Positions 8,726 to 18,143 are shown, counted from the stretch's first letter. The stretch is 30,553 nucleotides of DNA from Alphaproteobacteria bacterium (GCA_965225945.1 CBDDBZ010000010.1:1-30553); one strand, 5' to 3'. Numbers and translations: made by a program. The notes: generated by a model from the letters alone, not told the origin.

Positions 8726-9013
8726 CGCGAGAACTGGAAATACGTCCACTATGTGGGCGAGCGGGCACAGCTCTTCGACCTCGCCGGCGATCCGATGGAG
8801 GACGCCGATCTGGGTGCGGCGCCGCAACACAGCGCGACGCGCCGCGAGCTCGAGGGCGAGCTTCGGGCGATCGTGGATCCCGAGGCGGCGAACCGCCGCG
8901 CCTTCGCCGACCAGGCCCGCCGACTCGCCGCGCTCGGCGGGCGCGAGGCGGTTTTGGCGATGTCGGGGGTGCATTTCGGCTATACCCCCTTGGGCGAGGC
9001 GACGACAGGCTGA
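8726..9013 (+). pseudogene. 5'-truncated sulfatase (choline-sulfatase-like C-terminus)
   Basis: RENWKYVHYVGERAQLFDLAGDPME.. matches the sulfatase WKY..Y....QLFDL..DP.E motif. In-frame stop at 8723; the N-terminal catalytic domain is missing. Confidence 0.85.
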
Positions 9014-9023
9014 ACGGAGCGGC

Positions 9024-9196
9024 CAGGGCAATCGCGTGAACGCGATTGCCCCGGATTCTTCTTGTTCCCTCAGACGCCGGGCGCGCCCATCCGGGCGCTT
9101 GGCTTCGCTCGCATGGGCTCGCGGGGCCTCAATGGCCCATTCGCGGCGGTTGACGCGCTATCATGGCCGCGTCCATCACTTCACGCGATTGCCCTG
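9024..9196. mobile_element. 173-bp MITE with perfect 17-bp TIRs and 10-bp target-site duplication
   Basis: CAGGGCAATCGCGTGAA (9024-9040) / TTCACGCGATTGCCCTG (9180-9196), flanked by ACGGAGCGGC at 9014-9023 and 9197-9206. Confidence 0.88.
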
Positions 9197-9225
9197 ACGG
9201 AGCGGCCCGAGGGGAGGACGACGGC

Positions 9226-10722
9226 ATGGCGATTATCGCCCACGCGGGCTTCATGCACGAAACCAACACCTTCGCCCCGATCAAGGCGACGTGGCCGGAC
9301 TTCCTCCGCTCGGAGAGCTTCCCGGGGCTGATGCTGGGGGCCGCGGTGCTCGACCTGCTGGCCGAGACCAACATCGCCACCCGGGGTTTCGCCGAGGTTG
9401 CGCGGGCCGCCGGACACGAGCTGAAGCCGATCGCCTGGGCCAGCGCCGTGCCGTCGGCCGAAGTCACCGAAGACGCCTTCGAGCGGATGAGCGCGATCGT
9501 GCTCGAAGGCCTGAAGCCGCCGCTGGATGCCGTCTACCTCGACCTCCACGGCGCCATGGTGACGGAGCACCTGGAGGACGGCGAGGGCGAGCTGATCCGC
9601 CGCGTGCGCAATCGCGTCGGCGCCGACGTGGCGATCGTCGCCAGCCTCGACCTCCATTCCAACACGACGAGGCTGATGGCGGCGATGGCCGACGGGCTGG
9701 TCGCCTATCGCACCTATCCCCATGTCGACAGGGCCGATACCGGCAGGCGCGCCGCGCGCTACATGGCGCATCTCCTGACCGGCGCGCGCCCGGTCCTGGC
9801 GCGCCGCGTGGTGCCGTTCCTGATGCCGCTCACCGGGCAATGCACCATGGTGGAGCCGACCCTGGGCGTCTATGCCCGGCTCGCCGAGCTGGAGGCGGCG
9901 GCGGGGGTCCGCCACGTCTCCTTCACGCCCGGCTTTCCGCCCGCCGATATCCACGAATGCGGGCCGGTCGTCGTTGCTTACGGCGACGACGCGGCGGCGG
10001 CCGACGGCGCTGCCGATGCGCTGTTCGAGCACATCATGGACCGCGAGGCGGAATTCGAGGTGCCGTTCCTGGCGCCGGCGGCGGCGATCGGCAAGGCCAT
10101 GAACTCGAACGCGACCAAGCCCTTCGTCCTCGCCGACGTGCAGGACAATTGCGGCGCCGGCGCCACGTCGGATACCACGGGCGTGCTCAGGGCGCTGGTC
10201 GAGGCCGACGCGAGGGATGCCGTGCTCGGCCTGCTGGTCGATCCCGAGGCGGCGGCGGCGGCGCATGCGGCGGGCGAGGGCGCGGTGATCGAGATCGCCG
10301 TCGGCGGCAAGCTCTTTCCCGAGGGCGGCCCGCCCTTCGAGGGACGCTTCGAGGTCCGCCGCCTCGGCAACGGCAAGATCACCTGCACGGGCCCGATGTT
10401 CGGCGGCACGCGCGTCGATCTCGGCCCCATGGCCAGGCTCGCCATCGGCGGGGTCGAGGTGATCGTCTCGACCCATCGGATGCAGGCCGCCGATCAGGAG
10501 CTGTTCCGCCACCTGGGGGTCGAGCCCTCGGAGTGGCGGATCGTCGGGCTCAAGAGCTCGGTGCACTTCCGCGCCGATTTCCAGCCGATCGCCGAGGAGG
10601 TCTTGGTGGTGGAGGCGCCGGGCGCCTTCGTCGACCAGCCGGCGAAACTGCCCTACCGGAAGCTCCGCGCCGACGTCCGCCTGGGGCCGGGCGGCCCCCC
10701 GCATCGTCCTAAGGCACCGTGA
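9226..10722 (+). CDS. M81 family metallopeptidase (MlrC-like)
   Basis: GGAGG RBS. HETNTF, LDLHGAM, DLHSN, YRTYPHVD, DNCGAG and KSSVHFRADF motifs. Confidence 0.92.
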   Translation: MAIIAHAGFMHETNTFAPIKATWPDFLRSESFPGLMLGAAVLDLLAETNIATRGFAEVARAAGHELKPIAWASAVPSAEVTEDAFERMSAIVLEGLKPPLDAVYLDLHGAMVTEHLEDGEGELIRRVRNRVGADVAIVASLDLHSNTTRLMAAMADGLVAYRTYPHVDRADTGRRAARYMAHLLTGARPVLARRVVPFLMPLTGQCTMVEPTLGVYARLAELEAAAGVRHVSFTPGFPPADIHECGPVVVAYGDDAAAADGAADALFEHIMDREAEFEVPFLAPAAAIGKAMNSNATKPFVLADVQDNCGAGATSDTTGVLRALVEADARDAVLGLLVDPEAAAAAHAAGEGAVIEIAVGGKLFPEGGPPFEGRFEVRRLGNGKITCTGPMFGGTRVDLGPMARLAIGGVEVIVSTHRMQAADQELFRHLGVEPSEWRIVGLKSSVHFRADFQPIAEEVLVVEAPGAFVDQPAKLPYRKLRADVRLGPGGPPHRPKAP

Positions 10723-10894
10723 GCGGCTATCTGGGCGGCCGCGCAAGAAACAACACTGTTCGCGTAAATTTTGGTAGATTTTCTTGTCGATTGCTGTCAT
10801 CCGACAGGCTCGGTGGAGCACTGGTTTGGTTCGTCGGGATCGGAGAATTGGGGCTCTCGGGCCTCGAAATACGCATTCATAAGGCATTCATTTT

Positions 10895-11919
10895 GGCTCA
10901 ATTCGTGAATTGTATGCGTCACCTTGTTACGGCGGCGGCGAGGCAGGCTCGGTCATTGGCGCCGGGGGCGAGGCCGACGAGGTGGAACCAGCTCAGGTAG
11001 TTGTCCAGATAGCGGGTGGCGATGCCGCGGCGGGGACGCAGGAAGTCCTTCAACCGGCTGTGGCGGCTGTTCACCGTCTGCACATGCAGATCGCCCCGAA
11101 CCCGTTCCCCCATCGAGCGGTTGAGTGCTTCGTGGCTCACCCCGAGCGCGGCGGCGCACGGTGGGTAGCTCGCGCCGCCGTCGGAGACCAGCAGGGCGTC
11201 CTTCGCGACCACCGGGTCGAGGGCAGCCGTGAGCGCCGCCGCATCGACCCTGGGCAGCACCGCGCTGACCGTCGTTCCGCTCCGGTCCGCCGCCATGAGA
11301 ACCGGTACCTGCTCGCGCGAGAGGCCGCGCTTCTTCGCCTTGCCGCCCCGCCGCCGTGCCTTGCGCCCCAGCCCGCGCGCGCCCTTCCGGCTCTCCAGGA
11401 CGTAGGTCTCGTCCGCTTCCACGATCCCCTTGAGCACCTCCGAATCGCTCCGCGCCGCCGCCAGAAACCGGTGACGCCAGCGGAACGCCGTGCTCACCGC
11501 CACGTCGCAGCGCGCCGCCGAGGCCTTCACCGTCTCCCCCTTCGCCAGCGACGCCCCGAACGACAGCCAGCGTTCCTTGTGGTGCAAGCCCGACAGCGGC
11601 GTACCGCTCAGCGCGTTGAAGGTCTTGCCGCAGCCCTTGCACTGGTAGCGCCGCAGACCCCGCGCCATACCGCGCGAAACCGCCCCTTCGCTCACGCAGT
11701 GCGGACAGCGCCGGGCCTCGTCCACACCAAGCTCGATCGCGGCCTTCGATGCCTCGCCCTCGCTCCGGCCCGACAGCACCGCGAGCGCCTCGCGCCGCTG
11801 CGCGCGCGTCAGCCCGCGCGCCGCCGAAAGCCACACCTGGAAACCCTTGCCGTCCATAACCCAACCTCCTGACGTTCCAGGCACTCTATCACTAATGCAT
11901 ACAATTCGCGAATTGAGCC
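10895..11919 (-). mobile_element. IS1595-family insertion sequence, complete
   Basis: 23-bp TIR GGCTCAATTCG(T/C)GAATTGTATGC with one mismatch; 8-bp TSD TTCATTTT at 10887-10894 and 11920-11927. Confidence 0.95.
10919..11857 (-). CDS. IS1595-family transposase
   Basis: AGGAGG RBS. Zn finger CPHC..CKGC, HTH, VEADETY, VSDG, HVQTVNSRH, YLDNYL motifs. Confidence 0.93.
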   Translation of the reverse strand: MDGKGFQVWLSAARGLTRAQRREALAVLSGRSEGEASKAAIELGVDEARRCPHCVSEGAVSRGMARGLRRYQCKGCGKTFNALSGTPLSGLHHKERWLSFGASLAKGETVKASAARCDVAVSTAFRWRHRFLAAARSDSEVLKGIVEADETYVLESRKGARGLGRKARRRGGKAKKRGLSREQVPVLMAADRSGTTVSAVLPRVDAAALTAALDPVVAKDALLVSDGGASYPPCAAALGVSHEALNRSMGERVRGDLHVQTVNSRHSRLKDFLRPRRGIATRYLDNYLSWFHLVGLAPGANDRACLAAAVTR

Positions 11920-12023
11920 TTCATTTTCACTCGAAAATGAATGCTTTCGCTTTCAATCGGGGCCTAAATAACGGTTTTTGAGGTGTGTTTCGCGCGGCGC
12001 GTGGAAGAACGGGTCCCGCGGGC

Positions 12024-12743
12024 TCAGTGGATATCCGCCGAATCCGCCCAGGCTCGGCGCAGCGTCTCGATGGAGAAGCCGTCGCCCCGCGCCGCCTCCA
12101 GGATCACCGCCTCGCGGCGTTGCAGCAGGCCGGCGGCGGCCGGCACCTCGGCGACGATCGAAGCCGGGATCACCACCGCGCCGTGCCGGTCGGCGTGCAC
12201 GATGTCGCCCGCGCTCACGATCATGCCGGCGACGTTCACCTGCTTGCCGAATTCGACGACATGCACATGGGCATGGCTCGGGCCGACGCGGCCGGCGATC
12301 AACTGGAAGCCCGGCGCCAGATCGTCGAGATCGCGAATGGAGCCGTCGGTGACGCAGCCGATGCAGCCGAGGCCCTTGTGGACGGCGGTGTTGACCTCGC
12401 CCCAGAAGGCGCCGTAGCCGGCGCTCGGTTGGTCGAGATCCTGGATCACGGTGATCGCCGGCATCGGGCCGGCGGCGACGTGCTCATAATAGCCGAGACG
12501 CAGATCCTTCAGCGCGTCGCCGTCCAATTCGCTCGGCTGCTTGGCGCGGATGGTCGCGGTCCGGGCTATTCCGACGATGGGCGCCAGCTTGGGCCGGGCG
12601 CAGACCAGGGGCTCGGTGGTGAAGCCGAGGGCGCGGCGCTCGGGCGCCACGATCTCCAGCGCGTTGCAGATGGTCGGCGTGTCGAGCGCGCGGAGCGCTT
12701 CGATCAGCTCATCGGTCAGGGGGGTGGCGTCGTTTCCGCTCAT
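12024..12743 (-). CDS. RraA/HMG-aldolase family protein
   Basis: DTPTICNALE, WGEVN, TDGSIRD, GDIVHADRHGAVVIP motifs. Confidence 0.9.
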   Translation of the reverse strand: MSGNDATPLTDELIEALRALDTPTICNALEIVAPERRALGFTTEPLVCARPKLAPIVGIARTATIRAKQPSELDGDALKDLRLGYYEHVAAGPMPAITVIQDLDQPSAGYGAFWGEVNTAVHKGLGCIGCVTDGSIRDLDDLAPGFQLIAGRVGPSHAHVHVVEFGKQVNVAGMIVSAGDIVHADRHGAVVIPASIVAEVPAAAGLLQRREAVILEAARGDGFSIETLRRAWADSADIH

Positions 12744-12890
12744 GGGGGTGAAATCCTTCCGCTCCCGAATCATGCTCTAGGTGGGCGGCGGCACGATGCG
12801 ATAGCACGCGCCCGAGGGCAAGCCACGCGAATTTGCCTTGCCCGGCCGAATCGGCTTGGATGCGCGAGGCGAAGCCAGGGAGGGGACGGG

Positions 12891-13676
12891 ATGATCGACG
12901 TCGCGGGTTGGGTGGTGATCGTGACCGGTGCCGCCTCGGGCATCGGCGAGGCGACGGCCAAGATGCTGGCCAAGGGCGGCGCCAAGGTGGTCGTGAACTA
13001 CCGTGTCAACCAGGAGGGCGCCGAAGCGGTGGCGGCGGCCTGCCGGGCCGCCGGCGGCGGGGCCATCGTCCTGGGCGCCGACGTGGCCGAGGACTCGGCC
13101 TGCAAGGCGCTGGCGAAAGCCGCGCTCGACGAATGGGGGCGGATCGACGGGCTGGTCAACAACGCCGGGGCCACGAAGATCGTGCCGCACGACCAGCTCG
13201 ACGACCTGAGCGCGGAGGACTTCCTCCACATCTACCGGGTGAACGTGGTCGGCCCCTACCAGATGACGCGGGCGGTGGCGCCGACCATGTTGGCCCAGGG
13301 TGCCGGCTCGGTGGTCATGATCTCCTCGATCGCCGGCGTCATGGGGATCGGCAGTTCCGTCGCCTATGCCGCCTCCAAGGGCGCGCTCAACACCATGACC
13401 CTCTCGCTCGCCCGCGCGCTGGCGCCGGAAATCCGGGTGAACACGGTCTGTCCGGGCTTCGTGCAGGGCCGCTGGCAGCGGGAATGGCATGGCGACGGCT
13501 ATGAAGCCCAAGTCGAGCAGGTGCGTCGGACGATGCCGCTGCGCCGCGCCGGTTCGCCCGAGGACATGGCGGAGACGGCGATCATGCTGCTTGCCGCCAA
13601 TGCCAACGTCACCGGCGAGATCATCATGTGCGACAGCGGCCTGCATCTGGGGGCGGCGCTGGCCAAGGCACGGTGA
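12891..13676 (+). CDS. Classical SDR family oxidoreductase
   Basis: TGAASGIG, NNAG, SS, YAASK catalytic motifs; GGAGGGG RBS. Confidence 0.92.
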   Translation: MIDVAGWVVIVTGAASGIGEATAKMLAKGGAKVVVNYRVNQEGAEAVAAACRAAGGGAIVLGADVAEDSACKALAKAALDEWGRIDGLVNNAGATKIVPHDQLDDLSAEDFLHIYRVNVVGPYQMTRAVAPTMLAQGAGSVVMISSIAGVMGIGSSVAYAASKGALNTMTLSLARALAPEIRVNTVCPGFVQGRWQREWHGDGYEAQVEQVRRTMPLRRAGSPEDMAETAIMLLAANANVTGEIIMCDSGLHLGAALAKAR

Positions 13677-13697
13677 GCCGGGACCGGGCCAGCGGCG

Positions 13698-13958
13698 ATG
13701 CGACGATATCTCGGCCTCGGCCTGGTCGTGGTCCTGGTCGTCGTCGTGAGCCTACCGTTGAGCTTCGTGATCACCATCTTCCTGGTTCCGCTCTGGCGCT
13801 TGCTCGAGGCGCGTTGGGGGATCGAGGCCATCGGCCACTCCGGTCCGGCGGAATGGTGCTTCTATTCTGTCTGGGGGCTGATGCTGGCGGCGGCGGCGCT
13901 GGCCTGGTGGCTCGCTGCCCGCAGTGCGCGAAAGACCGCGCCGCCGCGCTCGGAATAG
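13698..13958 (+). CDS. Small membrane protein with two hydrophobic segments
   Basis: 86 aa, two long hydrophobic stretches flanking EAIGHSGPAEWC; follows the SDR in the same orientation. Confidence 0.65.
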   Translation: MRRYLGLGLVVVLVVVVSLPLSFVITIFLVPLWRLLEARWGIEAIGHSGPAEWCFYSVWGLMLAAAALAWWLAARSARKTAPPRSE

Positions 13959-14037
13959 CGCATGGACATAAACCTCGACCGCCCCGCGCCTCGCGATCGA
14001 CCGCGACGTGCCAGCGGTTCCCCTGGAGCGGGCGGCG

Positions 14038-14892
14038 CTACGCCACGACCGCGAGCTTGGTGATCCGATTGGGGCGCATTTCGGCGAGGAAGATGTCACC
14101 CTTGGCGTTGCAGGCGATACCGTGGGCGCCGTTCCAGACCGCGCGGCTCCGCCCCACCAGGGTGCCGTCGCCGTCCAGCATGGAGAGCCTGGGGATCTGA
14201 TCGGTGACCAGAATCCGGCCCTGGTCGTCCTCCGAGATGTCCATGGGGTGATAAAAATCGCCCCAGGCCCCGAGGAAGCCGCCGTCGCGATCGAACAGCT
14301 GTACCCGGTCGTTCTCCCGGTCCGCCACCAGGACCCGATCTCGGGTGTCGACCCAGACCGCGTGCGGCGTGGTGAACTCGCCTTCGCCCGCGCCCGGCCG
14401 GCCCCAGGTGGCGATATGTTCGCCCTCGGGCGAGAAGCGATGCACCACGGAGTTGCCGTAGCCGTCGGAGACGTAGATCTCCCCGTCGGCGGCGAGCGCC
14501 ACGTCGGTCGGGTGGTTGAAGGGGCCTTGGAAGTTCGCTTCGTGGCGCTCGCCGATCTCGCCGAGTGGCTCGCCCATGGTGGTGAAGATCAGGATCTGGT
14601 GGGCATCCCGGTCGACCAAGAACACCCGGTCGTCGCCCGAGACGAAGATCCCGTGCGCGTCGGCGATCCGACCCCGGCCCCAGGCGGCGTGGAAGGCGCC
14701 GTCGGGCTCGAACACGAGGACCGGCGGATCGGCGCGCTGAAAGGCGAGGACGCGGCCCTTCGAATCGACCGCGAGCTGGCTCAACGCCACCAGGTCCAGG
14801 TCGCCCGGCACCTCGCCCCAGGGCCGCTCCACCCGGTAGCGACGGCCGCCCATCGTGACCATCAGGCCGTCTTCGTGGCTCTTCATGCTCAT
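14038..14892 (-). CDS. Second PAL-like NHL-repeat protein
   Basis: AHGIFV, HPTDVAL, SDGYGN, PHAVWVD, ADRENDRVQ, AHGIAC; ATGA overlap with the upstream dehydrogenase. Confidence 0.85.
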   Translation of the reverse strand: MSMKSHEDGLMVTMGGRRYRVERPWGEVPGDLDLVALSQLAVDSKGRVLAFQRADPPVLVFEPDGAFHAAWGRGRIADAHGIFVSGDDRVFLVDRDAHQILIFTTMGEPLGEIGERHEANFQGPFNHPTDVALAADGEIYVSDGYGNSVVHRFSPEGEHIATWGRPGAGEGEFTTPHAVWVDTRDRVLVADRENDRVQLFDRDGGFLGAWGDFYHPMDISEDDQGRILVTDQIPRLSMLDGDGTLVGRSRAVWNGAHGIACNAKGDIFLAEMRPNRITKLAVVA

Positions 14893-15860
14893 GGCAGAAT
14901 CACATTCTCCAGTGTTTCGTCGCGGGCCAGGCGGTCGAGGTTGGCGGCGATGAAGCGGTAGCGGCGCGGCAGCAGACCCTCGGTCCAGCTCGCTGCGTGC
15001 GGCGTCATCACCACATTGTCGAGTTCGTGGAACGGCAGGCGCGATGGGCTGACCCGTGCCTCGCCGCGCTTGGGATAGCTGTACCAGGTATCGATCACCG
15101 CGGCGCCGATCCGTCGCTCGACAAGCGCCCGGTAAAGCGCCTCCTCGTCGACGATCGGGCCCCGCGCGACGTTGACCAGGATCGCCCCTTCCTTCATTCG
15201 GGCGAGCGCGGTGGCGTCGATCAGCCCTCGTGTCTCCTCGCTCAGGGGGCAGGTGACGACCACAACGTCGCTCGATTCCAGCATCCAGTCGAGCCGTTCC
15301 ATGCCGTGCACCGCGTCGGCCAGATCGTCGGCCTTCTCGGGCGTGCGGGTGCAGGCGAGTACGCGGGCGCCGAACGGGCCCAGGCGCTCGGCCAGCGCCC
15401 GGGCGATATGGCCGTAGCCGATGATCCCGACCGTGCGGCCGTGCAACTCAGCGTGCATCGGCCCGTCCGTCAGCAGGCTGTCGGACCAGTCGCCCTGGCG
15501 GAGATGGCGGTCCATCTCGGCGATCCGGGTCAGCCGCATCAGCACCGCGCCGATGACGAACTCGGCGACGCCGATCTCGTGTTCGAAGCAGTTGCAGACC
15601 GCGGCGCCCTTCGGCACCGAGGCGAAATCGATCGTGTCATGGCCCGCGCCCGGTAGATGCAGGAGCTTCAGTTTCGGTGCCGGCGGCGAGCCGGCGTTCC
15701 ACAGCATCGAGACCACGGCATCGGCCGTCGCCACCATCTCGCCATAGGCTTTGAGGCCGTCGGCCGGGTTCCAGATCTCGATCTCCCAGGGCGTCGTCAG
15801 GGCCTCGTCCAGGAGGCCCGCCTGTCCTTCCGCGAGGCTCAACTTGAGGACGATCTTCAT
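14889..15860 (-). CDS. D-2-hydroxyacid dehydrogenase family protein
   Basis: GIIGYGHIA Rossmann motif, VNVARG, DTW, TPHAAS. Confidence 0.9.
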   Translation of the reverse strand: MKIVLKLSLAEGQAGLLDEALTTPWEIEIWNPADGLKAYGEMVATADAVVSMLWNAGSPPAPKLKLLHLPGAGHDTIDFASVPKGAAVCNCFEHEIGVAEFVIGAVLMRLTRIAEMDRHLRQGDWSDSLLTDGPMHAELHGRTVGIIGYGHIARALAERLGPFGARVLACTRTPEKADDLADAVHGMERLDWMLESSDVVVVTCPLSEETRGLIDATALARMKEGAILVNVARGPIVDEEALYRALVERRIGAAVIDTWYSYPKRGEARVSPSRLPFHELDNVVMTPHAASWTEGLLPRRYRFIAANLDRLARDETLENVILP

Positions 15861-15867
15861 CGCCGGC

Positions 15868-16320
15868 CTATCCCGGTGCCTCGATGTATTCGATGGTGAT
15901 GCCGTCGGGATCTCGGCAATAGACCACCCGGCGGCCCGCGTTCGGCCCCTTGTCGACGACGTAGGGCGGGTTGATCGGCAGGACGCCATGGGGCGCCGAG
16001 GCGGCGATCGCCGCGTCGATGTCGTCGACGTCGTAGGCCACGTGCGCGAAGCCGGCATCGCAGGGGCGGGACTCGACCCGGCCGCGATCCTCGGGTCCGA
16101 GATATTCGATCAGCTCCAGGCTGTGTCCCGGTCCCCGGATATAGGCGACGACGATGTCGGCACCCTCGACGCCGGTGACGTGCTGAATCGCGCTGGGGTC
16201 GCGCGGCGCCTTCGAGGTCACCTGGAAGCCGAGCGCGTCCTGGAAGAAGGCGATGGACCGCTCCAGGTCCGAGACCGTGAAGGAGGTGTGATTGGTCGAC
16301 AGCACCTTGAAGTCGGGCAT
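15868..16320 (-). CDS. VOC/glyoxalase family protein
   Basis: HTSFTVSDLERSIAFF, LELIEY, HVAYDVDDID, RDPDGITIE metal-ligand pattern. Confidence 0.9.
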   Translation of the reverse strand: MPDFKVLSTNHTSFTVSDLERSIAFFQDALGFQVTSKAPRDPSAIQHVTGVEGADIVVAYIRGPGHSLELIEYLGPEDRGRVESRPCDAGFAHVAYDVDDIDAAIAASAPHGVLPINPPYVVDKGPNAGRRVVYCRDPDGITIEYIEAPG

Positions 16321-16451
16321 GGCTCCGCTCCCTTTCGCTGGTTCGGTATTCCGTCGTCTCCAGATCATAGCAGCGTTGGGCGCCGGGCGTGAGAGCCAGG
16401 TGATGCGCGATGTTGCCGTCGCTGGGCGGCGAGCCTAGGGTGGCGCTCCGC

Positions 16452-17378
16452 ATGCCCCGTTTCATCGCTCCCTTCCGCCGCGCCTATCTCCGGCTGCCCG
16501 GCGAGCTTCGCGGCATGCTCCTGATCCTGATCGCGACCTTCGCCTTCTCGGGCATGCACGTGGTGGCGCGGCAGTTGCAGAGCGATCTGCACGCCTTCGA
16601 GGTGGCGTTCTTCCGCAACCTCTTCGGCCTGCTGGCGATGGCGCCTTTCTTCGCTCGCCACGGCTTCGGCATGCTGAGGACGAGCAAGTTGCCGCTGCAT
16701 GCCCTTCGCGCCGCGCTTCAGGTAGCCGGCATGCTGATGTTCTTCATGGCACTCGGCATCACGCCCTTGGCCAAGGTCTCGGCGATGAGCTTCACGGCGC
16801 CCCTCTTCGCGACGCTCGGCGCCGTGCTGTTCCTGGGGGAGCGCATTCGCGGCCGGCGGATCACGGCGCTCGTCGCCGGCTTCATCGGCGCCATGATCCT
16901 CCTTCGTCCCGGCGTCGAGGCCCTGGACCTGGGGGCGATCTTGGTGCTCACCTCCTCGGCGAGCTGGGCCGTGGCGCTGCTCATCATCAAGCATTTGAGC
17001 CGCACGGAATCGAGCCTGACGCTCACCGCCTACATGGGGCTCTTCCTGACGCCGATCTCGTTGGCGGCCGCCGCCTTCCACTGGCAGTGGCCGGAGGCGA
17101 GCGATTATGCCTGGTTCGCGCTGATGGGCGGCTGCGGCACGCTCGGCCACCTCTGCACGGCGCAGGCGTTTCGCGAGGCCGACGCGACCGCCGTGCTGCC
17201 GCTCGATTTCACCCGGCTGCTCTGGGCGAGCCTGTTGGGCTATTTCATCTTCGCCGAGATCCCCTCGATCTGGACCTGGACCGGCGGCATGGTGATCTTC
17301 GCCTCGGCCATCTACATCGCCTTCCGCGAGGCCAAGGTGAAGGCGAGCCGGAGCGCGGCCGGCGACGAAGACGCTTGA
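16452..17378 (+). CDS. DMT/EamA family transporter
   Basis: About ten hydrophobic helices; FFRNLFG, FLGER, LRPG, FAEIP motifs. Start position uncertain. Confidence 0.88.
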   Translation: MPRFIAPFRRAYLRLPGELRGMLLILIATFAFSGMHVVARQLQSDLHAFEVAFFRNLFGLLAMAPFFARHGFGMLRTSKLPLHALRAALQVAGMLMFFMALGITPLAKVSAMSFTAPLFATLGAVLFLGERIRGRRITALVAGFIGAMILLRPGVEALDLGAILVLTSSASWAVALLIIKHLSRTESSLTLTAYMGLFLTPISLAAAAFHWQWPEASDYAWFALMGGCGTLGHLCTAQAFREADATAVLPLDFTRLLWASLLGYFIFAEIPSIWTWTGGMVIFASAIYIAFREAKVKASRSAAGDEDA

Positions 17379-17396
17379 AGCGGGAATTGTGCTACC

Positions 17397-17612
17397 ATGG
17401 CACCCATGGATGGCGATATCGAGACCATCGTCCTCGACGTTTACCCTTGGGCCGAGCCCACGGACGAGCAAAGGCGTTTGTTCGATGCGCTAACGCCCGA
17501 GGAAAAGCGCCGCTTGATCGATTCCGCCATCGAAGAGGGGTTTGCAAGCCCCATCTCCGAAAAATCCATGTCCGATGTCATTGCGGAGGCTAAAGCCGAC
17601 CGTCGCACATGA
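17397..17612 (+). CDS. Small ParD-like antitoxin candidate
   Basis: C-terminus LIDSAIEEGFASPISEKSMSDVIAEAKA resembles ParD toxin-binding tails. The stop overlaps ATGA of a downstream start (MNYRKT) that is cut by an IS fragment. Confidence 0.5.
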   Translation: MAPMDGDIETIVLDVYPWAEPTDEQRRLFDALTPEEKRRLIDSAIEEGFASPISEKSMSDVIAEAKADRRT

Positions 17613-17627
17613 ATTACAGGAAAACGC

Positions 17628-18077
17628 TTCGCCAGGTGGCGATAGCTTTTCGAGACCCAAAGCAACGGTCGTTCCGGATCGCCCCGCGTGGCCGGCGCCA
17701 CAAGACGCTCGAGCGCTTCCAGCAAACCCGGTTGCTTCGCCGTCTCCGGCTTGCGGCCACCGCCCGGACGCCGCAACCGACCGTCCCCGCACGACGGCCT
17801 CTTGCCGTCGAGTTCGGCGAGACCGCGCCCGATCCTCGAGCGGGCAATCCCGGTGATCTCGCTCACCAGCTCGATCCCGCCCCATCCCACCGTGCGGGCT
17901 TCTACCGCCGCGAAGAGCCGCCGTCCCTTCTCGTCGAGGTGCCGATGAAGCGCCTCGTAACGATATCTGATGGCTTCAGTATCCTGCATACACCATATAT
18001 AGCGCAAATCCGGGAAAACCGGAATCCCTTGCCAACAGACCGTGGCAATGCGATTCAACTGTTCTGTGACGGGCCCT
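17628..18077 (-). mobile_element. ISAzo13-family IS fragment (left end plus N-terminal third of the transposase, ATG 17989)
   Basis: LDEKGRRLFAAVEA..GWGGI, RRPGGGRK, TRGDPERPLLWVSKS motifs; putative end GGGCCCGTCACAGAAC near 18077. The 3' part is deleted. Confidence 0.85.
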
Positions 18078-18143
18078 TAGAGCGCTTGAGGGGGGTGCTG
18101 TCCTAAATCGGGGTGATGTGTCCTAATTTGAAGTTCCGGGACG

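Larger units (their letters stand above)
10741..11997. repeat. Copy B of the diverged non-coding element, interrupted by IS1595
   Basis: Same start, internal and end blocks as 3667-3861 once the IS is removed. Imperfect terminal IR CCGCGCAAGAAACA / TGTGTTTCGCGCGG. Confidence 0.55.

Noticed and set aside
9181-10887. Long antisense and alternative-frame ORFs (e.g. 568 aa here, 554 aa at 4701-6365, 367 aa at 26275-27378, 348 aa at 28593-29639)
   Set aside because: Shadow ORFs typical of high-GC coding DNA, opposite genes with clear motifs.
17660-17685. Short match between spacer 8 and the ISAzo13 fragment (TTCCGGATCGC)
   Set aside because: Only about 11 contiguous bases; insufficient for self-targeting.
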